Below are positions 56,660-64,000 of a stretch of 64,000 nt of DNA, piece by piece. A program made the position numbers and the translations under genes. The first letter of the stretch is position 1. Every line of letters starts with the position of its first letter. The DNA is from an archaeon (GTDB lineage: Archaea > Nanobdellota > Nanobdellia > SCGC-AAA011-G17 > GW2011-AR17). The notes beneath the pieces are model-generated. The model was not told the origin of the DNA. It saw only the letters and a list, made by a program, of their open reading frames with translations, and did not search any database. The stretch is taken from NCBI GenBank assembly GCA_018656555.1, contig JABHZQ010000024.1, forward strand, positions 4,577 to 68,576, in the 5' to 3' direction.

Positions 56660-59015
56660 ATTGCTCACCTCCTGAATAAATATGATTTTCCATTTTATTA
56701 ATTGCTTCAAAATATTTTTGTCTTCCTCCAAAAGAAGTTATTATTTCTACAGGTGTTCCAAATTTACGTATAGGATTTACTTTTAAAACTTTTAAATCTT
56801 CAATATCTTCTATACCTTCATCAGAGTATTTATCAAGTAAAGCGTTTATGACTGCTTGAGCCTTTTTGTTATATTTTGTAAAATAATCTTTTTTCCTTAC
56901 ATTTTTTACTCTTTCTTTTCTGGTTAGGGGTTTTTTATCAAAAGCTACATGACAGATTAAATCAAATTCGTCAAAATCTTTACCGACTTCTTGCTTTAAT
57001 TCATCGATTAATATTCCTTGTTCTCTTAATTCATTAATAATTATGGATTTTTTATCTGTTTTCTTCCATTTTTTTAAAAAATCATTTAGACAACGATATT
57101 CTTTTTTTAGAGTTTTTTTTGTAAAATCATTTAATGTTTCAGTAATTAACTTTCCATCTTTATCATAATATTGAACTCTTTCATTCAAAACAGTTACCTT
57201 CAGATTATTAATGTAATATTTTCTAGGTTTATCTAGTGATTCCTTTACTAAATAAACTTGAGATTTTACATCATGATAATAAGATTCTAACTCTTCTACT
57301 TTTTTAGCTTCCTTTATTTTTAATTCTTTTTCTAATTTAGGTTCATAGATTTGAACTGGTTCCCCGTCAAAATCTGGATCTGCAAAAAGATCTGTAACTT
57401 GTCTAAAATCCATTATTGTGAAATAGTATTTCCCATAATCTTCCCTGATTCTTGTACCTCTTCCTATTATTTGTTTAAATTCAGTCATTGATTTAATAGA
57501 ACTGTCTAAAACAATTAGTTTACAAGTTTGGGCATCTACTCCAGTAGTCATTAGCTTTGAAGTGGTCGCAATAACTGGATATTTGCTAGCCGGATCAATA
57601 AAATTATCCAATTGGTCTTTACCAATTTTATCATCTCCTGTTATTTTGAGGATATAATTAGAATTTTTTGCCATTAAATCTGAATTTTCATTAACTAGGG
57701 CCATTCTCATTCTTTCTGCATGATCAATATCTACACAGAAGATTATAGATTTTGCAAATCTATCTCCACTATTTTTTAAAAACTCACTTACTTTTTTTGC
57801 AACTAATTGAGTTCTATCATCAATGACAATATTTCTATCATGATCAGTCATATTATAAACTCTGTCAGGTATTTTATGACCATGTTTATCTTTCATCCCT
57901 TTTGTTGGTCTCCACCCTTCAGTATCTTTATCTATTGAAATTCTTATCACTTTATAAGGAGCTAAAAAACCATCTTCAATTCCTTGTTTTAAAGAATATG
58001 TATAAATTGGATCATTGAAATAATCAATATTTGATACTTCAGAGGTTTCTTTGGGTGTGGCAGTCATTCCTATTTGAGTTGCTGTTGAAAAATATTCTAA
58101 AATTTCTCTCCATGCAGAATTTTCTTTAGCGCTTCCACGGTGACACTCATCTATTACTATCAAATCAAAAAAATCTCTAGAAAATTGTCTGAATATATTT
58201 TTCCAGTCTTCATTCCCTGTCAAACTTTGATATAGTGCAGTATATAATTCATAAGAAGTATCTATCTTTCTATGAGTTACTTTTGTACTTACTCCTTTAA
58301 ATTTTTTAAAATCATTATTCATTGCTTGATCAACAAGAATATTTCTATCTGCCAAAAACAAAATTCTCTTTTTTGATTTTGATTTCCATAATTTATAAAT
58401 AATTTGAGAAGCAACAAAAGTTTTTCCTGTCCCTGTAGCCATAACCAATAGGATCCTATCTTGCCCTTTAGCTACAGCTTCAACAGTCCTATTAATTGCT
58501 ACTTCTTGATAATATCTAGGTGTCTTACCCCTTTCTTCAAGATGATATTCTTGCGTAATGATTTCTTCTTCATCTTCATTAATTCCTTTCCATTTTTTGT
58601 AGATATCCCATAATTCTACTGGACTGGGAAAACCATCTATAGGTATTTCTCTTTCAATTTTTTTTGATTGCCCAGTTCTATCATGTAAAATAAATCCATC
58701 TCCATTAGAACTGAATATAAAAGGAATATCTAAAATTTCTCCATATTCTATACCTTGTTGTAAACCTGAACCAATTGAATGTTTATTATCTTTAGCCTCT
58801 ATAACTGCCAGAGGGATATTTGGTTTATAATAAAGAATATAATCTGCAAATTTCTTTTTACCTCTTGTAATTTTATCTCCCTTGATAATAATCTTGCCAC
58901 TAGTAAAATAAACTTCTTCTCTAATTTGTTTTTTAAGATCCCATCCTGCTGTAACTATTGCAGGAGTAATATATTTAGTACAAATATCTCTTTCAGTCAT
59001 AGTTTTTTTATTCAT
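56637..59015 (-). CDS. hsdR: Type I RM restriction subunit (EcoAI/EcoEI-like)
   Basis: ADY..EAK nuclease motif, ATGTGKT, DECHRG, QIIGRGTR, DEFDLICHVAF. Confidence 0.94.
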   Translation of the reverse strand: MNKKTMTERDICTKYITPAIVTAGWDLKKQIREEVYFTSGKIIIKGDKITRGKKKFADYILYYKPNIPLAVIEAKDNKHSIGSGLQQGIEYGEILDIPFIFSSNGDGFILHDRTGQSKKIEREIPIDGFPSPVELWDIYKKWKGINEDEEEIITQEYHLEERGKTPRYYQEVAINRTVEAVAKGQDRILLVMATGTGKTFVASQIIYKLWKSKSKKRILFLADRNILVDQAMNNDFKKFKGVSTKVTHRKIDTSYELYTALYQSLTGNEDWKNIFRQFSRDFFDLIVIDECHRGSAKENSAWREILEYFSTATQIGMTATPKETSEVSNIDYFNDPIYTYSLKQGIEDGFLAPYKVIRISIDKDTEGWRPTKGMKDKHGHKIPDRVYNMTDHDRNIVIDDRTQLVAKKVSEFLKNSGDRFAKSIIFCVDIDHAERMRMALVNENSDLMAKNSNYILKITGDDKIGKDQLDNFIDPASKYPVIATTSKLMTTGVDAQTCKLIVLDSSIKSMTEFKQIIGRGTRIREDYGKYYFTIMDFRQVTDLFADPDFDGEPVQIYEPKLEKELKIKEAKKVEELESYYHDVKSQVYLVKESLDKPRKYYINNLKVTVLNERVQYYDKDGKLITETLNDFTKKTLKKEYRCLNDFLKKWKKTDKKSIIINELREQGILIDELKQEVGKDFDEFDLICHVAFDKKPLTRKERVKNVRKKDYFTKYNKKAQAVINALLDKYSDEGIEDIEDLKVLKVNPIRKFGTPVEIITSFGGRQKYFEAINKMENHIYSGGEQFGSFNNN

Positions 59016-59071
59016 TTTTACCTTGGATTCTTAATAAAGGAAATAAACTCCCATCTTTTAACTCTTTTGCA

Positions 59072-59290
59072 TCATCTCCTTGAATGTTTTTTCTTCATGT
59101 GTTCAGATTGATTCTTAAATACAGTAAGATTACTTTTACTATTACATCCTTTTCCTTTTGAACCATGATGTACGACTTCACTTCTTTTTAATGGCCTACC
59201 AATCTTTTTCTCAGCAACCCACCTGGATACTTGTTTTCCACTATTGGAAAAACACCTATATCCATTTTCATTAACATATGTTTGTGCCAT
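59072..59290 (-). CDS. Minimal HNH-like protein
   Basis: NGY..RWVAEKKIGRPL..EVVHH....N..SNL..EH. Confidence 0.65.
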   Translation of the reverse strand: MAQTYVNENGYRCFSNSGKQVSRWVAEKKIGRPLKRSEVVHHGSKGKGCNSKSNLTVFKNQSEHMKKKHSRR

Positions 59291-59294
59291 TTTT

Positions 59295-59582
59295 TTATCT
59301 CCTATGTTTTGCAACTCTTTTTTGTCTTGTTACGTTCCCTTTTCCACCTCTGCCATGACCTCTAGACTTAGGTCTATAGTCATAAGCTATTTTTGTTATA
59401 TCTTCAGGTTTAGGTGGAACATGTCCTAATTCATCAAGAGCTTTGTCGAATATTCTTTGTATTCGAATATCATTATCTTTTATGAATTTCATTTGTGAAG
59501 GATATAGTCTTAGATTAGCTCTACAAGTTCTTCTTTCTCTTCTTGGAATGTTTTTTACATCTTCGAGTTTCATGTGTTTCAC
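59295..59582 (-). CDS. Small basic protein, possibly a ribbon-helix-helix regulator
   Basis: ANLRLYPSQMKFIKDNDI..IFDKALDEL. Confidence 0.55.
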   Translation of the reverse strand: MKHMKLEDVKNIPRRERRTCRANLRLYPSQMKFIKDNDIRIQRIFDKALDELGHVPPKPEDITKIAYDYRPKSRGHGRGGKGNVTRQKRVAKHRR

Positions 59583-59665
59583 CTTGTACGTACTATTAGT
59601 AAGTACTAAGAAGTATATAAAGATTTCGGATTACATTTATAAATGAGTATGACAAAACTAAAATT

Positions 59666-60505
59666 ATGAGAGGAAGGACTATTTCAATATATATTCCAGA
59701 TGCAAATCCTAGAAGTATTAAGGTTTGTGATACTAAAGATGGTGTGGTGAAAGCCCTATTTATTCCCCGAAATAAGATAATTGATGCAATAAAAAGAAAA
59801 GAATTGCAAGATCCAGGGATCTATTTTTTGATTGGTGAAAATAATGAAGTAGGTAAACCAAGAGTATATATTGGTGAAGCAGAAGTTTTGTTAACAAGAA
59901 TCAAACAGCATAACTCTTCCAAGGATTTTTGGAACTCTGTAATTTGTTTTGTATCTGAAAAGAAAAATATTAACAAAGCACACATCAAATATCTAGAAAA
60001 TTATGCTTGCAACCAAGCTAAAAAGATTAATAAATGTGAATTAGAAAATAATATTAATCCAACACAATCTAGCTTAACTGAACAAGATGAGGATTTTGTT
60101 TTAAGTTTTTTTGAGGATATAAAATTGTTAATTGCTACTTTGGGTTATCCAATATTTGAAGAAACAAAGAAAGATCAATCAAAAATTTTAATCTGTAAAG
60201 GAAAAGAAGCTTATGCTACTGGTGAATATAGTGAAGATGGTTTTGTTGTATTTAAGGGATCAAAATCTAATCTTGAAGAATCAAAAGGAATTGGTTCTTG
60301 GGTGAGTAATATCCGTAAAAATCTTATAGAAAAAAAGATTCTAAAACAAGAAGGCAATGTTTTTGTATTCACAGAAGATTATACTTTTAGTTCTCCAAGT
60401 GCTTCAGCAGCAGTAGTATTAGCAAGAAGTGCTAATGGGTGGACTGAATGGAAAGATAAAAAAGGCAAGAGTATTGATGAAACTATAAGGAAAAATAAAA
60501 ATTAA
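59666..60505 (+). CDS. GIY-YIG nuclease with DUF4357-like C-terminal domain
   Basis: PGIYFL..VYIGEAE..RIKQH..KDFW; FSSPSASAAVV..SANGWTEWK. Confidence 0.88.
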   Translation: MRGRTISIYIPDANPRSIKVCDTKDGVVKALFIPRNKIIDAIKRKELQDPGIYFLIGENNEVGKPRVYIGEAEVLLTRIKQHNSSKDFWNSVICFVSEKKNINKAHIKYLENYACNQAKKINKCELENNINPTQSSLTEQDEDFVLSFFEDIKLLIATLGYPIFEETKKDQSKILICKGKEAYATGEYSEDGFVVFKGSKSNLEESKGIGSWVSNIRKNLIEKKILKQEGNVFVFTEDYTFSSPSASAAVVLARSANGWTEWKDKKGKSIDETIRKNKN

Positions 60506-60530
60506 CTATTACAATCCACCTTTAGGTGGA
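60496..60530 (+). repeat. Short element TAAAAATTAAcTATTACAaTCCACC with palindrome TCCACCTTTAGGTGGA; near-identical copy at 63977-64000
   Basis: Direct comparison: one indel and one mismatch over ~24 bp; the second copy is cut by the window edge. Confidence 0.55.
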
Positions 60531-60581
60531 AGTGAAACAGTTCCTCCAAACAGAAACAAAAGCATCTCATCTTCCAGTGCT

Positions 60582-61952
60582 CTATACTAAATTCTTAAGT
60601 TTATCAACAATAACAACCCCGGCCCAAGTATCCCTCTCACAATACTTCAACAAACTCTCTCTCACTCTAACATCAGAAAAACCCCTAAAAAACTCCAAAC
60701 TAGCCAAACTACCACAACAAATGTCCAAATCTGAATAATCCAAACCAAAACAAGGCAACACAGCCTTAATACTACAACTACCCTTTTGCTTAGGATCATA
60801 AAACCAAAACCCTCTAAACACATCTAACAAATCAACTATCCTATCAACATAACCACTCACATCAACATCATACATTTTACCCAACTCCTTCAACCTACCA
60901 ATCTCAAATGATTTATTATAAACAACAATACTCCCTTTATCTCCCAACCTCTTCAAAAGAGAATTCAAAAACACCTTCCTAGGATCTCTCAACCCCTTAG
61001 CTAAATACTCATAGTGTTTATCACCAACATGAATACTATACTGGAAACAAATATACTCATAAGGTTTACATCCTTGATATCTAGGAATTGCAGTAGAAAA
61101 AGTTTCAAAATCCATGTAATACACTGGCTCAACTAATTTATCCAACCATTTCTTTATCTTCTCTTTATCAACATGTTTCTCACCTTTAACCTGAATCTTC
61201 TGCTTATCATTCAACTTAAAAGAACTAGGAATATCCTTTAACAATAATACACCTTTTTCTAACAATTCAAACTTCTTTGAAGTCCAATACAAATCACAAA
61301 CACTATTCTCAGGCAAATAAGCCCAACATTCACTTTTCAAATCACAAGGATAAGGTGAATTGCATTGTGTTCCAATATTACATTCTGGAAGTTCTCCATT
61401 AATCACTTTAAACATTGTATCTATTTGTTCTGGAATGTTTATGATAGATTTAACCTTTTCAGTAACATCTTGTATTTTGAATAATTTTCTTACAGAAAGT
61501 TTTCCTTTTAGTCTATAATCACTATTCAAATGCATTAGGAAACATTTTCTTATTTTTAGTCCTGCTTTTTCATAAACATATCTTTGAAATGCTAGATCAT
61601 CAATGTGTTGAGGTTTTACTTTAGAACTGCTTTTTACTTCTATTATATCCCATTTATTTCCTTTTGGGACTAAGATGTCTGCTCTTGCATAAAGGTCTTC
61701 TACTAAGAAGGAAGGCTCAAATAGAGGAACTTCTTTTGTTAGAAATTCTTGTGTTTTTCTTAAATTGTATTTGAAATCAGTTTCAATGTCAATTCCTTTT
61801 GGGAAAAGGGTTTTTGCCAATTCTCCAATTTCATCTCCTTGTTTGAATCTGAATTGTGCTTCTTCTGATGGTTCTGGAAGTTTTTCGTTTTTCTTTGTCC
61901 AGAGTAGACGAAGGCATTGTAGTCCTTTGAGGTAGTCTGACTTGGATAGCAT
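60582..61952 (-). CDS. DUF2779-like protein (Cas4/PD-(D/E)xK nuclease domain plus RNase H-like domain)
   Basis: LSKSDY..LQC, RADIL..IIEVKSS..DLAFQ, C..PYPC...C, MDFET, FQYSIH, YNKSFE, YCERDT. Confidence 0.85.
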   Translation of the reverse strand: MLSKSDYLKGLQCLRLLWTKKNEKLPEPSEEAQFRFKQGDEIGELAKTLFPKGIDIETDFKYNLRKTQEFLTKEVPLFEPSFLVEDLYARADILVPKGNKWDIIEVKSSSKVKPQHIDDLAFQRYVYEKAGLKIRKCFLMHLNSDYRLKGKLSVRKLFKIQDVTEKVKSIINIPEQIDTMFKVINGELPECNIGTQCNSPYPCDLKSECWAYLPENSVCDLYWTSKKFELLEKGVLLLKDIPSSFKLNDKQKIQVKGEKHVDKEKIKKWLDKLVEPVYYMDFETFSTAIPRYQGCKPYEYICFQYSIHVGDKHYEYLAKGLRDPRKVFLNSLLKRLGDKGSIVVYNKSFEIGRLKELGKMYDVDVSGYVDRIVDLLDVFRGFWFYDPKQKGSCSIKAVLPCFGLDYSDLDICCGSLASLEFFRGFSDVRVRESLLKYCERDTWAGVVIVDKLKNLV

Positions 61953-62037
61953 AGTATGGGTATATTTTGGGGTTTTATATGTGTTTTTATAGATAAATTT
62001 AAAATAGTTCAACTGTTTTCTTTAATTAAGGTATAAA

Positions 62038-62526
62038 ATGAAATTTACATGCTCAGATTGTGGAAAAAGTTTAGAACTTCATGAGATCTATTTATTGGTG
62101 GGGGAAGAGCTAGTAGAGGCAAGTGGATTAAGGTGGGCACAAGGAAAGAGATTTTGTTTAGAATGTTATAATAAAAATATCACTAATGATATAGCTGTTT
62201 CTAAAAGTCCAAAAACAAAAGAATATCTTATTAAAGAAACAAAAATTTCAAAATTAAAAATTAATTCAAATTTTAAAGAAATTAGGGTTGAAGTTGTTGA
62301 TAAAATAAGTGAAGAAAAGAGATCAAAATATGGAAAAAAGTTGATATTGGGCAAATTTCAAGTAAAAGATGATTCGGGAGAAACAATTTTAACATTATGG
62401 TCATCAGATATTAATAAAATAAAAAAAGGAGATGTATTAATAATAAAAAATGGTTATGTGCGGGAATATATGGATGAAAAATATTTAACTTTGGGAAAAG
62501 AAGGGGAATTAATTATTTTAGAGTAA
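62038..62526 (+). CDS. Zn-finger plus OB-fold (SSB/RPA-like) protein
   Basis: CSDC..CLEC; VKDDSGE..LTLW..IKKGDVL.IKNGYVREY. Confidence 0.75.
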   Translation: MKFTCSDCGKSLELHEIYLLVGEELVEASGLRWAQGKRFCLECYNKNITNDIAVSKSPKTKEYLIKETKISKLKINSNFKEIRVEVVDKISEEKRSKYGKKLILGKFQVKDDSGETILTLWSSDINKIKKGDVLIIKNGYVREYMDEKYLTLGKEGELIILE

Positions 62527-62665
62527 TCTTTTATAAAAGTTTTCCCTTTTCCAATCTTCTTTAAAAATAAATTCTAACTCATACATTCTTCAATAATTGG
62601 AAATTGTATATACTTCCCCTTCAAAATAAGGTAATTTTTTAAAAGTGGACTATTTATTATTAATA

Positions 62666-63778
62666 ATGTCAAATAAAGAATCTTTTGAAAGGATAAAAAA
62701 AGTATATGGAATTGATAAAGAAAACATTCTGACTGTTTCTAAAATAAGTGGCTATATTAAAAATAAATTGACTAATGATCCAAAACTAAATCAGATTTAT
62801 GTTCTAGGTGAGATAACTAATCTTTCTAGACCAAGTTCAGGACACATTTATTTTGATATAAAAGATGAAGAAAATTTAGTAAAATGTGCTTTTTTCAAGA
62901 GAAATAACAGTAGTCTGTCTTTTGAATTGAAAAATGGATTACAAGTTTTAATTTTAGGATCTATAACAACATATGAAAAGAGAAGTAATTATCAATTAAT
63001 TGTTACCTTAATACTCCCCTTGGGGGAAGGTGCTTTTTACTTACAATTTAAACAATTAAAAGAAAAATTATCAAAAGAAGGCCTATTTGATGATAAATAT
63101 AAAAAAGAAATTCCTCCAATCCCTAAGTGTATAGGTCTAATTACCTCAAAAAAAGGATCAGTTATTAAAGATATTTTGAATGTTCAGAAAAGTAGATTTC
63201 CTAATATTACTATAAAATTAATTGCAACACTTATGCAAGGAGAAAAAGCTTGTAATGAAGTAATAAGGGCTATTCATATTTTAAATAGGTACAAGACAGT
63301 AGATACAATTATTATTGCTAGAGGAGGAGGATCAATAGAAGATCTGATGTGTTTTAATGATGAAGAGTTGGCTAGAACTATTTTCCAATCAAAAATTCCA
63401 ATTATTACAGGTATTGGACATGAAACAGACCATACCATTGCAGATTTTGTTGCAGACCAAAGAGCACCAACTCCTTCTGTTGCTGCTAAAATTGCTGTTC
63501 CAGACAAACAAGATTTAACAGATAAAGTAGAAATGGTTAGAAATGAGCTTCAAAAAAGTTATAAAAATTATATTGCTTCAAAACACAAAGAGCTAGAAAA
63601 GTTGAGAGAAAAGATCCAATCTCTAAAAACAGAACTTCAAAAGAGCTATAATAATTTTATTAAATCTAAAGAAAAAGATGGAGAAAGCAAAAAATATAAA
63701 AGGATAATTATAACTATGGGAGTTATAATACTTATAATAATCATATATTTTATAATAAAAAGATTGATAGGTAATTAA
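62666..63778 (+). CDS. xseA: Exodeoxyribonuclease VII large subunit with C-terminal hydrophobic helix
   Basis: GEITN..SGHIYF.IKD, ARGGGSIEDL..FNDE, GIGHETD, APTPS; tail IIITMGVIILIIIIYFII. Confidence 0.92.
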   Translation: MSNKESFERIKKVYGIDKENILTVSKISGYIKNKLTNDPKLNQIYVLGEITNLSRPSSGHIYFDIKDEENLVKCAFFKRNNSSLSFELKNGLQVLILGSITTYEKRSNYQLIVTLILPLGEGAFYLQFKQLKEKLSKEGLFDDKYKKEIPPIPKCIGLITSKKGSVIKDILNVQKSRFPNITIKLIATLMQGEKACNEVIRAIHILNRYKTVDTIIIARGGGSIEDLMCFNDEELARTIFQSKIPIITGIGHETDHTIADFVADQRAPTPSVAAKIAVPDKQDLTDKVEMVRNELQKSYKNYIASKHKELEKLREKIQSLKTELQKSYNNFIKSKEKDGESKKYKRIIITMGVIILIIIIYFIIKRLIGN

Positions 63779-63779
63779 C

Positions 63780-63986
63780 ATGCAAGAAAAATTTGATAAA
63801 AATATAGAAAAAGTAAAACAGATAATTTCTGATTTTGATCATTTTAAAATTGAAGAATCTAAAGCAAATTCTAAATTTTGTGAAGGAAATAAGGTATTAG
63901 ACGATTGTTTGAACATACTTAATGAAAAAGAATTAATAATTGAGGAAATTTCTGTAGTTGATGGTAAAATTGTTTCTAAAAATTAA
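63780..63986 (+). CDS. xseB: Exodeoxyribonuclease VII small subunit (divergent)
   Basis: Directly after xseA; FDKNIEKV..II..F.EG...C..IL...E. Confidence 0.7.
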   Translation: MQEKFDKNIEKVKQIISDFDHFKIEESKANSKFCEGNKVLDDCLNILNEKELIIEEISVVDGKIVSKN

Positions 63987-64000
63987 TATTACACTCCACC

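Noticed and set aside
56660-56731. N-terminal extension of hsdM in the ORF track
   Set aside because: Overlaps hsdR; the SD plus TTG at 56659 gives a typical start.
62520-62645. Minus-strand coding-like remnant (KLPYFEGEVYTISNY*RMYELEF...)
   Set aside because: Short, contains a stop codon, no recognisable homology.
1-64000. CRISPR array, DGR/retron, integrase or transposase
   Set aside because: No regularly spaced repeats, RT motifs, adenine-variant TR/VR pair or recombinase motifs were recognised by eye.

Overview
AT-rich archaeal chromosome segment, most likely a DPANN archaeon (Woesearchaeota/Pacearchaeota-like). Support: ABCE1, deoxyhypusine synthase, CCA-less tRNA genes with bulge-helix-bulge (BHB) introns, and TATA boxes about 22-25 nt before leaderless starts. 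Layout: (1) 1-16.8 kb, a 5'-truncated giant (>4600 aa) modular surface protein plus two likely partner genes. (2) 16.8-26.6 kb, housekeeping genes: THUMP protein, PLP decarboxylase, dys, class II RNR, lgt, dut, ABCE1. (3) 26.5-40 kb, four tRNA genes, including a 2-intron tRNA-Leu(TAA) and a 3-intron tRNA-Leu(CAA), plus orphan genes, a divergent RelA/SpoT-like gene, two candidate ncRNAs, a free-standing LAGLIDADG gene and cfa. (4) 40.1-48.9 kb, a KaiC-ATPase/rhomboid operon converging on a V4R-FIST-LuxE/PaaK-like-LuxC-like operon; this is the best candidate for an undescribed system. (5) 49-52.4 kb, nrdR-nrdD(split)-nrdG with tandem NrdR boxes. (6) 52.4-64 kb, a defence/nuclease island: LAGLIDADG, RadC, type I RM, HNH, GIY-YIG, DUF2779-like, OB-fold, and an ExoVII whose large subunit ends in a predicted membrane helix. 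No CRISPR array, rRNA, reverse transcriptase, integrase or transposase was recognised. All family calls come from motif recognition by eye, not from database searches.
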